A stretch of 64,000 nucleotides of DNA from Candidatus Palauibacter sp. (GTDB lineage: Bacteria > Gemmatimonadota > Gemmatimonadetes > Palauibacterales > Palauibacteraceae): assembly GCF_965237495.1 (NCBI RefSeq), contig NZ_OZ250143.1, forward strand, positions 515,918-579,917. The letters run 5' to 3'. The notes beneath the pieces were generated by a model. The model had not been told where the DNA came from, did not search any database, and worked only from the letters and a program-made list of their open reading frames with translations. The position numbers and the translations under genes are program-made. This document shows positions 1-9,877 of the stretch, in pieces; the first letter of the stretch is position 1, and each line of letters begins with the position of its first letter.

Positions 1-292
1 ACCGATTGGCCCCGCGCGGGGCGAGGGCGATGACTGCTTACCTGCTCAGAACCTTTCGCTGTGGCGATCGTAAGCCATCGCTCAAGGAATTGGTCCCGGG
101 TCATACCCCGGCCATCGTCACGCAAAATGAACAGCTCAGCGCTCCGATAATAGTCGACCTCCACCCGGGTGGCGTACGCATCGTGAGCGTTCTTGAACAG
201 CTCGCTGATTGCGGTGGGGATCCCCGCGATTTGCTGTCTGCCCAGCATGTCCAGGGTTCTGGCCCGAGCCTTGAACGTCGCTTCCATGGCAG

Positions 293-1393
293 TCAGAGGA
301 GTCCGGCGTCCGCTAGGTGCTCGTTCATATGGTGGCCGAAGACGGTCGCAAGCCTGACGGGCACTGCATTCCCGATCTGGCGGGCCATCGAGCTAAGGCT
401 TCCGTCGAACTCGTAATCCATCGGGAACGTCTGCAGGCAGGCGGCTTCGCGAACGCTGATCGCGCGGTCCTGCTGGGGGTGGCCGAAGCGGCCGTTCGAG
501 TAGCTGATGCAGCGCGTCGTCAACCCCGATGCGGGGCGGTCCCAGGACATGCGGCCGTAGACATCACTGTACCCGTTGGACCGGCGGTGGCACTCAAGCC
601 GGAGACCGTCGGGCCAGTCGCGGTTACCCCCTCCCTCAGGCGTCGCGCGGATACGCCGAAGGTTGCGTTCGGAAAGCCTGGCGGCACGGTGATCCGGCAC
701 ATCTGGGTGCGTCTGCCCTGCGGCGATCTCTGGAAGTTCCTCGATCCAGTCCCGCACGGTGTCGTACTTGGGGTTGTCGGTCTCGGGGCCGTGGGACTTG
801 GGAGGCAGTTCCAGTGGCCCGTGTCGGCTCGCAAGCAACAGCAGTCTGCGACGGCTCTGTGGGACTCCGTACTTCTTGAGCGACACGGCCCCGTACGCTG
901 GCTCGCAATAGCCAGCCTCCCGGAGTCCGCGCACGAATCCGCTTAGCGGCTCGGCGTCGCGCCTTGGGTTCTGGATTCCCGGTACGTTCTCGACGAAGAC
1001 GATGTCCGGCTCGCATCGCCGAATGAACCGCAGGAACTCCAGCAGCAACGGGACCCGGTCATCCTTGTCTGGTTCGGGGCGGGATGTGTTCTGTTTGGTG
1101 AACGGCTGGCACGGCGCACATCCGCAGAACAAGACCGGCTGGGATCTCTGAGTTCGGACGAGGCCGTGGACCATATCCACGTTCGTCTCTCGGATGTCGG
1201 CGTGCTCGAAATGAGCGGACGGAAAATTCTTCTCGAAGGTGCTCTTGGCGTCGGCGTCGGCATCGAGGGCGAACACCACCTCCAACCCGGCGTTCTGGAA
1301 GCCCCGGCTGGCCCCGCCGCAACCCGAGAAGAAGTCGAATACCTTGACTCCGGGGAGGGAATCGACCTCCAAGCTCTCGCTGCATGAGTTCAT
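293..1393 (-). CDS. DNA (cytosine-5)-methyltransferase; solitary, Dcm-like
   Basis: Motif I FDFFSGCGGASRGF (FxGxG AdoMet site), PC catalytic motif GCAPCQPFT, ENVPG motif IV and QSRRRLLLLASR motif VIII. The ORF-track frame extends to 1654, but the conserved core begins at the internal ATG at 1393 (MNSCSES...). Confidence 0.85.
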   Translation of the reverse strand: MNSCSESLEVDSLPGVKVFDFFSGCGGASRGFQNAGLEVVFALDADADAKSTFEKNFPSAHFEHADIRETNVDMVHGLVRTQRSQPVLFCGCAPCQPFTKQNTSRPEPDKDDRVPLLLEFLRFIRRCEPDIVFVENVPGIQNPRRDAEPLSGFVRGLREAGYCEPAYGAVSLKKYGVPQSRRRLLLLASRHGPLELPPKSHGPETDNPKYDTVRDWIEELPEIAAGQTHPDVPDHRAARLSERNLRRIRATPEGGGNRDWPDGLRLECHRRSNGYSDVYGRMSWDRPASGLTTRCISYSNGRFGHPQQDRAISVREAACLQTFPMDYEFDGSLSSMARQIGNAVPVRLATVFGHHMNEHLADAGLL

Positions 1394-1599
1394 TTCGGGG
1401 TGGCATCTCCGCTGGACCGTGGCGGATTGCCGGAGATGAAAGACGCCGAGATGGGCTTGCGGTCGAACTCCAACCGGAACCGCCACCAACTCCAACCCTG
1501 CCCCGAACTTCCCCTGCCCGAACCCGCCGTTGCCTCGCACCGTGACGGTAAGTCCGCCCGCACGCGGGGTCAACCGGAACTCCGAATCGCGGTCGCTGG

Positions 1600-3321
1600 T
1601 TGGCGGATTGCCTTGCGGGGCGTTCTGCGGCAAACTCCGTGCCATGCAACGCAACGTATGGAGCCCAGCGAGTTCCTGTCGTTCGATTCCGCCGGACCGG
1701 GCGCGGTAGACTGGTGCGTACGCCGTTCCACATCCGGTGGGCGCCAGCGAACGCCCCGGAGGAGGGTTCCCCGCCGCCGCCGGAGCAGGCCCGGTTCCAG
1801 GAGCTCCTGCGCGAGTTGTTCCAGTTCGACTGCGCGGATCTGGATTTCGGCATCTACCGGGTCATGAACCACAAGCGGGAGGTCATCGACCGCTACATCG
1901 ATCGGGAGCTGCCGGGCGCCATCGAGGAAGCCGTGAGCCAGGGGGGGCTCGAGACCGAGGCGAGGCGCGCCGACACCTTCGAGGAAACGCGAGCCAGCGT
2001 GATCGAGGTCTTCGGGGAAGATGTGCTCGCACCCGACGGAACGCTACTCCAGTATGAGGAGACCCCGCTCGGACAGAAGTACATGCTGTGGCGTGCGCGG
2101 GCCCGCCACTCCGAGTCCGCCGGGGACGTGCGGCGCGACATCTACAACCACCTGTACGCCTTCTTCAGCCGGTACTACCAGGACGGCGATTTCGTTCCGA
2201 AGCGGCGCTACTCGTGGGAGCACCCCTACGTCGTCCCCTACAAGGGCGAGGAAGTTCATTTCCACTGGGCCAACCGCGACCAGTACTACGTGAAGGCGGC
2301 GGAGCACTTCAAGGATTACACCTACCGGACTCCATCGGGAATCTCCGTCCGCTTCTTCCTGCGCTCAGCGCACGTCGAGCGGGACGACGTTAAGGGCAAG
2401 AAACGGCTCTTTTTCCCCCTGCCGAACGCTGCGGTCTGGGACGGGGATCGCCGATTGCTGGACCTGCCGTTCGATTATCGCCCGCTGACTTCGGCCGAGG
2501 CGAAGCACTTCGGAAGGAAGGGACAGCAGGAAGCCATTCTGGAGCGCGCCGAAGCGACCGTTGCCGACGCGCTCGCCGCGATGCCGGAGGCGGCGCTGGC
2601 GCTGCTCGACAAGACAGCGGTGAGTGAAGACGACGCCGCGCCGACCCTGTTCGCGCACCACGCACAGCGATTTGCTCGAAAGGTTACGTCGGACTACTTC
2701 ATTCACCGTGATCTGAAGGCGTTCCTCGGCCGGGAGCTGGACTACTATCTCAAGTCGGAGGTTCTGGGTCTCGGCACGCTCGAAGCTGGGGGCGAGACGA
2801 GGGCCGACGCCTGGCTGGACAAGATGCGCGTTATCCGCGAGGTGGGCGGAAACATCATCGACTTCCTCGCTCAGATCGAAGGCTTCCAGAAGATGCTCTG
2901 GGAGAAGCGGAAGTTCGTCGTGGCCGTGCAGTACTGCGTGGCCGTCCGACTGCTTCCCGAGGAGCTTCGGTCCCGCGTCCTGGAGTGCGACGCGCAATGG
3001 GACGAGTGGTGCTCCCTGGGCTGCATCGTGGACGACGACTCCCTGTTCGCAGCGGGTGAAGATCCGATTGCCCGCGGCGACTTCTTGGAACGCAATCCGG
3101 GGATTCTCCTCGACACCCGACACTTCGACTTGGCATTTGTTGACGATCTGCTGGTGGCGCTCGACGACATCGACGAGAAGACGGACGGCGTGGTCGTAAA
3201 GAGCGAGAACTGGCAGGCGCTGGATCTGCTGGAGGAGCGGTACGGGGGACAAGTTGATTGCATTTACATTGACCCACCGTACAACACGGGCAACGATGGC
3301 TTCATCTATAAGGACCAATAC
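1600..3321 (+). pseudogene. mod: Type III-like N6/N4 DNA methyltransferase (mod), N-terminal fragment; interrupted by IS3-family insertion after ...DPPYNTGNDGFIYKDQY
   Basis: A beta-class MTase motif IV, CIYIDPPYNTGNDGF, lies at the very 3' end of the fragment. The reading frame runs into the IS inverted repeat and reaches a stop at 3349-3351. It resumes in-frame at 4660, and the YQHSSWASM segment there matches the region after DPPY in Type III Mod proteins. An N-terminal extension of ~450 aa before DPPY has no recognisable family. The true start is uncertain; 1600 is the first ATG. Confidence 0.75.
3318..3321. repeat. Target-site duplication ATAC (left copy) of IS3-family element; right copy at 4656-4659
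   Basis: Identical 4-mers directly abut both IS termini. Confidence 0.7.
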
Positions 3322-3439
3322 TGGAGCTGTCCCGCTTTCACGGACGGTTAGTTTCTGTGGTTGATCGTCTCCGGTGTTGCTCCTTTCAGTCCCTCTCAGG
3401 CGCTCGGGAGAGGTTCCGGGTGTACGCCTCCGGTGCGCC

Positions 3440-4288
3440 TCAGGCCGCATGGTTCCTCTCGTAGTTGGCCGGCGACTCGTAGCCGAGGGCGGAGTGAAGC
3501 CTGCGCGTGTTGTAGAAGCCTTCGATGAAGCCGAAGACCTCTCGCCGTGCCTCGGCCGCGGTGCGGAACGAGCGCCGCCAGATCAGCTCGCACTCCAGCG
3601 TCGCGAAGAAGCTCTCGCACATGGCGTTGTCGTAGGCGTCGCCCACCGAGCCCATGGACCGCGCGATGCCCGACGCGCGGCAGCGCTCCCCGAAGGCGAG
3701 CGAGGTGTACTGCGAGCCTCGATCCGAGTGATGAACGACGCGCCCTTCGGGGCGGCGCCGCGCGAGGGCCATCGCCAGCGCGGCCTCGACCAGCTCGGTC
3801 CGCATGTGCGTCGCCATGGCCCAGCCGACGACGCGGCGGCTCCAGACATCGAGCACGACGGCCAGATACAGCCAACCCGCCCATGTGGGCACGTACGTGA
3901 TGTCGGCCACCCACAGCCGGTCGGGCCCCGAGGCCGAGAAGTCCCGCCTCACCAGGTCCGGCGCGGGCCGGGCCTCGGTGTCCATCTTCGTCGTCGCCGT
4001 CTTGAAGCGCCTCCTGGTCGCGCCCTCGATCCCCATCGCCCTCATCAGCCGCCCCACGCGCTTCTGGCCCACCCGCTCGCCCTCGGCCCTGAGAACCGCG
4101 TGGATCCGCGGACGACCGTACGTCTCGCCGCTGCCGGTCCAGATGGCCTGGATCTTGTCTTGAAGTTCGTCGTCCCGCCGCGCCCGCGCCGAGGCAGGAC
4201 GCTTCAGCCAGGCGTAGTAGCCGCTGGGGGAGAGACCCAGCACCCGGCACATGGCCGCCAGAGGAAACTCGGCCCGGTGCGCCTTCAT
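3440..4288 (-). CDS. IS3-family transposase OrfB (DDE integrase core)
   Basis: Integrase-core motifs LWVADITYV, HSDRGSQYTS and NAMCESFFATLECE. It sits in the -1 frame relative to orfA, and that frame stays open upstream of the first Met. Confidence 0.9.
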   Translation of the reverse strand: MKAHRAEFPLAAMCRVLGLSPSGYYAWLKRPASARARRDDELQDKIQAIWTGSGETYGRPRIHAVLRAEGERVGQKRVGRLMRAMGIEGATRRRFKTATTKMDTEARPAPDLVRRDFSASGPDRLWVADITYVPTWAGWLYLAVVLDVWSRRVVGWAMATHMRTELVEAALAMALARRRPEGRVVHHSDRGSQYTSLAFGERCRASGIARSMGSVGDAYDNAMCESFFATLECELIWRRSFRTAAEARREVFGFIEGFYNTRRLHSALGYESPANYERNHAA

Positions 4289-4599
4289 GAACGCGTACCC
4301 CCGCCGGGGATCGCTCCGCTCTCCCTCGCGAACCAGGCCGCGGCTCTTTTTAGGATGTCACGCTCCATCCGGAGCCGCTTGTTCTCCCGCTTCAGACGCG
4401 ACATCTCCTTCCCCGTCTCCGTCGTCAGACCGTCTCTCCGCTCTCCCTCGTCCAGCTCCCCCTGTCTGACCCAGTTGCGGATCGTCTGCTCCGAGGGCTC
4501 GAACTCCCGCGCCAGCGACCCCGCGCTACGACCGGCACGCGCGAGTTCCACCAGCCGCTCGCGGTACTCCGGCGGATACCGCCCCGCTCTTCCCGCCAC
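4285..4599 (-). CDS. IS3-family transposase OrfA (HTH plus leucine zipper)
   Basis: YPPEYRERLVELARAG...SLAREFEPSEQTIRNWVRQ HTH followed by an LKRENKRLRMERDILKRAAAWF zipper. A GTG start at 4599 is preceded by AGGAGG with a 6-nt spacer. The ORF-track start at 4725 lies outside the IS. A CTAAAAAGAG (A AAA G) slippery run sits near 4345-4353. Confidence 0.8.
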   Translation of the reverse strand: MAGRAGRYPPEYRERLVELARAGRSAGSLAREFEPSEQTIRNWVRQGELDEGERRDGLTTETGKEMSRLKRENKRLRMERDILKRAAAWFARESGAIPGGGTRS

Positions 4600-4659
4600 G
4601 ATACACCTCCTTGGTTCCCCAATGGAAAGGTGTCCGTGAAAGCGGGGCAACTCCAATAC

Positions 4660-6225
4660 CAGCACTCGAGCTGGGCGTCGATGGTCAGCCAGGCGGTCAA
4701 CCGTTCCGTGGCTTACGGTTCGCATCGCTCCGCCATCTTCGCGTCGATCGACGAGGGAGAACAGCCGATCTTTCGTTTTCTCCTCGATGCCAGTTGGGGT
4801 TCACACAATCATGTGGCGGACATGGTGTGGGCCTCGGGCCGCAAGAACGACTCGCGGCTCATCTCGGTATCGCACGAATACATCTTGGTGTACGCCCGTG
4901 ATCGCGAATCCCTCCGTACTCATGGGATCCGTTGGCGACAGCGGAAACCCGGCCTCGACGACATCTACGCCTGCCACAAGAGGCTAAAGCGGCGGCACGG
5001 TGACGACTACGCTGCGATCGAGCGTGACCTGAAGGAGTGGTTCCGCAGCCTACCGGGCTCCCATCCGGCCCGAAGGCAGAAACACTACAACCGCGTGGAC
5101 GCACGCGGCGTTTATTTCCCCGACAACATTTCGTGGCCGGGGACCGGCGGTCCGCGGTACGACGTGATCCATCCCGTGACGGAAAAGCCGACAAAGGTGC
5201 CAGCGGCAGGGTGGCGACTCAAAGAGGAAACGATGAAGCGGTGGATTGCGGAGGATCGGATCCATTTCGGCGAGGATGAACACAGCGTGCCCAAACGGAA
5301 GTCGTATCTGCGCGAGCACGAGCACGAGGTACCGTATAGCGTGTTCTACCAGGATGGCCGCGCCGCCACGAAGCGGCTACGTGCCGTGTTGGGTACGGAC
5401 GACGTGAGCTACCCGAAGGACGAGACCGTCATAGCGGAGTGCATTGAAATGGCGGCGGGCGCGGGAAGCACGATTCTCGACTACTTCGCCGGATCTGGTA
5501 CGACCGGCCATGCCGCGATCAACCTCAATCGTGAGGACGGGGGACGACGCAAGTTCATTCTGGTGGAGATGGGACACCGGTTCGACACCGAGATCATGCC
5601 GCGGCTCAAGAAGGTGGCGTTCTCCCCGGAGTGGCGGAACGGGGCCGCGAAGCGGGAGGCCACGGCGGAGGAGTCCGAGCGCGGCCCGCGGATCATCAAG
5701 TACTTCCGTCTGGAGAGCTACGAGGACGCGCTGAACAACATCGAGTTCGAGGAGGTGGAGGAGAGCCTGTTCGAGCTGGAGGACTACCTGCTGCGCTACA
5801 TGCTCCAGTGGGAGACCAAGGCGAGCGCGACCCTGCTCAACGTCGCGGCGTTCGCGCGGCCGTTCGACTACAAGCTGCGGCTGGGCGGGAACGGTGATGG
5901 CGCGGACGAGACCGTGGATCTCGCCGAGACGTTCAACTACCTGCTCGGCCTAAAGGTGCATGCGCGCCGGACATACGACGACGACGGGCGCCGCTATCTG
6001 GTCTACGCGGGGGAGACGTGGGACGGCAGCTCTGCGGTTATCATCTGGCGCGACACGGAGGGATGGACGGCGGAGGACCGGGAGCGGGACCGGGATTTCG
6101 TGGCGAGGCACGACATGACGGCGGGTGCCGACGAGATCTGGATGAACGGGGACTCCATGGTAAAGGACGCGCGGCCGCTGGACGCGCTATTCAAACAGCG
6201 CATGTTCGCGTCCGCAGACGGCTGA
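4660..6225 (+). pseudogene. mod: Type III-like DNA methyltransferase (mod), C-terminal fragment with AdoMet motif I
   Basis: YQHSSWASMV follows the DPPY motif once the IS is excised. Motif I is TILDYFAGSGTTGHAAINL. The stop TGA at 6223-6225 overlaps the res ATG. Confidence 0.75.
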
Positions 6226-9200
6226 TGACCCCCGGCCGCCCCGGCACCATGCTCCGCCGCCTCGAGGCGGAACTCCTGCTGTTGGGCTGGGCGAACCGGC
6301 AGTTCGGGTTCGAGACCAACCAAGCGCTCTTTGACGCCTTGAAGGATGCTCACGAGGGGTACGAGGACGGCCGCAGCCATGTCGCGCGCATGCTTCTGAG
6401 CCGGGAGCGCCTGATGGTTCCCGCGGACGACCTGGCCCGCTACGACGACAACGTGCGCCGCCATCTCGACTCCATAAACAAGGGACGGCGCGAGCCCATC
6501 ACCCTGCGGTATTTCCAGCAACTCGCGGCGCTGTACGCGGAACTCTTCTTGGCCCGGCGCGCTGCGTCCCCCGAAGCCCTCGCACGGCAGCTCCACCGGT
6601 ACGTCCGGGAGAAGGTCCACGGCCTGGGCACCTCCTACCCGGTGCGGGAGATCACTCCGGACGACCTGAACAAGCTCGCGTTCTGGATGGCGACGGGGAG
6701 CGGCAAGACGCTCATCATGCACCTCAACTACCTCCAGTTCCTGCACTACGGCGGGGCGGAGGGCCTGGACAACATCATCCTCATCACGCCCAACGAGGGG
6801 CTGAGCGCCCAGCACATGGAGGAAATGACCACGTCCGGCATCCCGTCGGCGCGTCTCGGCGAGGCCGGGCTGCTGGCGGGCGGCCGCTGCACCGTGCGGG
6901 TGACCGAGATCACCAAGCTTGTCGACAAGCGCCGCGGAAAGGGGACGGGTGTCAGCATCGAGGTCGAGGCGTTCGGCGACCGCAACCTCGTGTTCGTGGA
7001 CGAGGGCCACCGGGGCGCGAGCGGGGAGGCGTGGCGAGCGGTGCGCGACGCCGTGGCCGCGCGCGGCTTCACCTTCGAGTACAGCGCCACCTTCGGGCAG
7101 GCGCTGGCGGCGGCGCGCGACAACCAACTCACCCTCGACTACGGCAAGTCGATCCTCTTCGACTATTCGTACCCGTATTTTCACCGGGACGGGTTCGGCA
7201 AGGACTTCCGCGTCCTCAACGTGTCCGGCAAGGACCCGCCGCCAGAGCTGGCCGACCACCTCCTTTTCGGCAACCTCCTCTCCTTCTACGAGCAGCTCCG
7301 CGCCTATCGCGAGAACGCCGCCGAGCTGCGCGCCTACAATCTGGAGCAGCCGCTGTGGGTGTTCGTCGGCAAGAGTGTGAACGCGGTCTATAGACGTCGC
7401 GGGCGTGACACGAGCGACGTGCTCGCCGTGCAACTCTTCCTCCACCGCGTGCTCAACGAGCCCGACTGGGCGCGGGAGACGATCGGGAAGCTGCTGCGCG
7501 GCGAGTCGGGGCTGTACGCGGCGTGGAACGTGGACCTGTTTGCGGACCGCTTCAACGAGTTGGCGAAGCTCGGGGAGTCCCCGGATCGGATCTACGCCGA
7601 CATCCTCCGCACCGTGTTCCACGCCGATGGCCCCGGCGGGCTGCGCCTGTGCGACATCCGGGGCGCGCCCGGCGAACTCGGCCTCAAGGCGTCCGGGTCG
7701 GACGACTACTTCGGCCTCACCTACATCGGAGACACGGCGAAGTTCAAGCGGCTGGCACGGGAGGCAGAGGCGGGGATCATCTTCGAGGAGGACGCGGTCG
7801 GCGGCTCGATGTTCGGCCGGGTCAACGAGGCCGGGGCCACGGTCAACGTCCTCATCGGCGCCAAGAAGTTCGTCGAGGGCTGGAACTCATGGCGCGTGTC
7901 GAACATGGGCCTCATGAAGGTGGGACAGGCGGAGGGCTCCGAGATCATCCAGCTCTTCGGCCGCGGCGTGCGGCTCAAGGGCAGGGGGATGTCCCTCAAG
8001 CGGAGCACCTATCTGGAGGGTCCGCACCCGGACAAGGTGGGGCTCCTGGAGACGCTCAACATCTTCGCCGTGCGCGCCGACTACATGAAGAAGTTCCGGA
8101 CCTATCTGGAGCGCGAGGGACTCGAGGCGCGGGACAGCGTGACGCTGCGCGTGCCAGTCCGGGCCAACGAGGAGTTCCTGGGCCGGGGGCTCGTGGTTCC
8201 GGCCCTCCCGGAAGGAACCGACTTCGAGACGGAGGCGAACTTCGCGCTCGGTGCCGGCGCCGGGCTTCCGGTGCAGATCGACCGCGCCACGCGGGCCTCC
8301 TCGTGGGAGAGCGGTGCCCGCGGTCAGTCGGCGACGGAGGGAACGGCCGGGCACAGCCGTCCCGCCTCGGAGCTGCCGCTGGCGCTGGTGGATTGGGAAA
8401 GGGCGTACCTCGACCTCATGGAACACCGGCGGCAGAAGGGGATGCGGCCGCTGGCCGTCCCCGGGCCCGACGCGCTTCGGTCGCTCGTCGAGAGCGGGGC
8501 CGCCACGGTGTCGGCCGACGAGCATGTGTTCGAGCCCCGCAACTGGCACGACCGGGAGGACCTGCAAGCGATCGTGCACGCGGTGCTCCGGCGAACCGCG
8601 GACCGGTGCTGGCAGACCGAGCGGCGGACGTGGGAGGCCGAGCGCATGAAGTACCGCGAGGTGGACGCCGCCGATCCCAACCTTCTGCTGAACGTCGACC
8701 CCGAGGCGGCCAGCGCCTGGCCCGGCGGCCCCCAGCCTCACTATGTGGTTAGCGTCCCGCACGCCGACGCCGGTCTTCGCAACGAGCTCGTGGAACTCAT
8801 CGAACAGCGGGGCAAGCTCTACGAGCAGGAACTCGGCCCGCTCGCCCGCATCCACTTCGACCGCCACCTGTACCAGCCGCTGCTGATCGAGTCCTCGAAC
8901 GCCGACGTGAGGATCTCCCCGCCGCCGCTCAACGAGAGCGAAAAGCGGTTCGTCCGCGATCTCCGCGATTGGTGGGTGGACCGGGGCAGCGCCCTTCACC
9001 CCGGTGCGGAACTGTTTCTGCTCCGAAACCAGGGCCGGGGCTGCGGCGTGGGCTTCTCACTCGAGGGCCGCGGCTTCTACCCGGATTTCATCCTGTGGCT
9101 CATCGAGGGAGGCCACCAACGCGTCGTGTTCGTCGAACCGCACGGCATGCTCCACGCCCGCGCCTACGCCGAGGACGAAAAGGCCCGCCTACACGAGCGC

Positions 9201-9413
9201 CTATCCGCCCTCTCCGACGCTATCGCCGAGCGCAGCGGCGTCCCTGCGGGCACCGTGTCTCTCGACGCCTTCATCGTGTCCGCCACCCCCCACGCCGAAC
9301 TCCGCCCCCACTACGACGACGGCTCCTGGAGCCCCGAGGACTTCGCCAGCAAGAACATCCTCTTCCCGGACCCACGCCGCCGCTACATGGAGACCCTCCT
9401 CGCCCGTCCATAG
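6225..9413 (+). CDS. res: Type III-like restriction subunit (res): SF2 helicase domain plus C-terminal nuclease-like domain
   Basis: Walker A AFWMATGSGKTLIM, motif II LVFVDEGHRGAS and motif VI QLFGRGVRLKG. C-terminal YPDFILWL...VVFVEPHG block. ATG at 6225 overlaps the mod stop, which implies translational coupling. The ORF-track start at 6018 would overlap mod and is probably a spurious upstream extension. Confidence 0.75.
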   Translation: MTPGRPGTMLRRLEAELLLLGWANRQFGFETNQALFDALKDAHEGYEDGRSHVARMLLSRERLMVPADDLARYDDNVRRHLDSINKGRREPITLRYFQQLAALYAELFLARRAASPEALARQLHRYVREKVHGLGTSYPVREITPDDLNKLAFWMATGSGKTLIMHLNYLQFLHYGGAEGLDNIILITPNEGLSAQHMEEMTTSGIPSARLGEAGLLAGGRCTVRVTEITKLVDKRRGKGTGVSIEVEAFGDRNLVFVDEGHRGASGEAWRAVRDAVAARGFTFEYSATFGQALAAARDNQLTLDYGKSILFDYSYPYFHRDGFGKDFRVLNVSGKDPPPELADHLLFGNLLSFYEQLRAYRENAAELRAYNLEQPLWVFVGKSVNAVYRRRGRDTSDVLAVQLFLHRVLNEPDWARETIGKLLRGESGLYAAWNVDLFADRFNELAKLGESPDRIYADILRTVFHADGPGGLRLCDIRGAPGELGLKASGSDDYFGLTYIGDTAKFKRLAREAEAGIIFEEDAVGGSMFGRVNEAGATVNVLIGAKKFVEGWNSWRVSNMGLMKVGQAEGSEIIQLFGRGVRLKGRGMSLKRSTYLEGPHPDKVGLLETLNIFAVRADYMKKFRTYLEREGLEARDSVTLRVPVRANEEFLGRGLVVPALPEGTDFETEANFALGAGAGLPVQIDRATRASSWESGARGQSATEGTAGHSRPASELPLALVDWERAYLDLMEHRRQKGMRPLAVPGPDALRSLVESGAATVSADEHVFEPRNWHDREDLQAIVHAVLRRTADRCWQTERRTWEAERMKYREVDAADPNLLLNVDPEAASAWPGGPQPHYVVSVPHADAGLRNELVELIEQRGKLYEQELGPLARIHFDRHLYQPLLIESSNADVRISPPPLNESEKRFVRDLRDWWVDRGSALHPGAELFLLRNQGRGCGVGFSLEGRGFYPDFILWLIEGGHQRVVFVEPHGMLHARAYAEDEKARLHERLSALSDAIAERSGVPAGTVSLDAFIVSATPHAELRPHYDDGSWSPEDFASKNILFPDPRRRYMETLLARP

Positions 9414-9454
9414 TTCGGCCCGGCACGGCGCATGGCGGCGCTCAAGGCATCCCG

Positions 9455-9877
9455 TCACGAGATTCGCCAGAGCCGCAAAGTCGAGATGGCCCCGGCTCTC
9501 GCGGTGCGACGTACATATCGTTCGTCCGCCGTGACGAACACGCCCTCGAGCCCGAGCGCCGCGGAATGGTACGCCGCGTCGTAGAATGCGACTCCGTACG
9601 TCACACACAGAGACACGGCACGGCTTCTCCAGTGGGAGTCCAGCCGCGCCTCGGTAAGGCCGAAGTCGGCCAGCGATGCCAGAAGCTCGCCAGCATCATC
9701 GGGAAACCGCCTCGCCAGCGTGTTGCCCACCTCGTAGATCCAGAGCTGTGGAACGACCAGATCAAGGGTCCCGGCCACCGCTTCGTCACGCAACGCGAGC
9801 GCCGCGTCTGTATCCTGCTCGTCGTCGCCCGGAAGAACCCACTTGAGAAGAACCGACGCGTCGGGCGTTACGATCAC
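9455..9877 (-). CDS. vapC: PIN-domain toxin (VapC-like)
   Basis: PIN signature VIVTPDASVLL...DTDAALAL...VVPQLWIYEVGN...FYDAAYHSAA...VFVTADERY. GTG start at 9877 forms a GTGA overlap with the antitoxin stop. Confidence 0.7.
   Translation of the reverse strand: MIVTPDASVLLKWVLPGDDEQDTDAALALRDEAVAGTLDLVVPQLWIYEVGNTLARRFPDDAGELLASLADFGLTEARLDSHWRSRAVSLCVTYGVAFYDAAYHSAALGLEGVFVTADERYVRRTARAGAISTLRLWRIS

Larger units (their letters stand above)
3322..4655 (-). mobile_element. IS3-family insertion sequence (1334 bp) with ~27-bp imperfect terminal inverted repeats and 4-bp ATAC target-site duplication
   Basis: Left IR TGGAGCTGTCCCGCTTTCACGGAC begins at 3322. Right IR, read as reverse complement from 4655, is TGGAGTTGCCCCGCTTTCACGGAC. 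ATAC occurs at 3318-3321 and again at 4656-4659. Removing the IS plus one ATAC copy restores a continuous mod reading frame. Confidence 0.85.

Noticed and set aside
6-416. 136-aa ORF at the window start, considered as a possible Vsr-like partner of the C5-MTase
   Set aside because: No Vsr or other motifs. It overlaps the 3' end of the methyltransferase gene on the opposite strand. Probably spurious, though a partial gene running off the window cannot be excluded.
6003-7622. 539-aa minus-strand ORF
   Set aside because: Antisense to res. Low-complexity translation.
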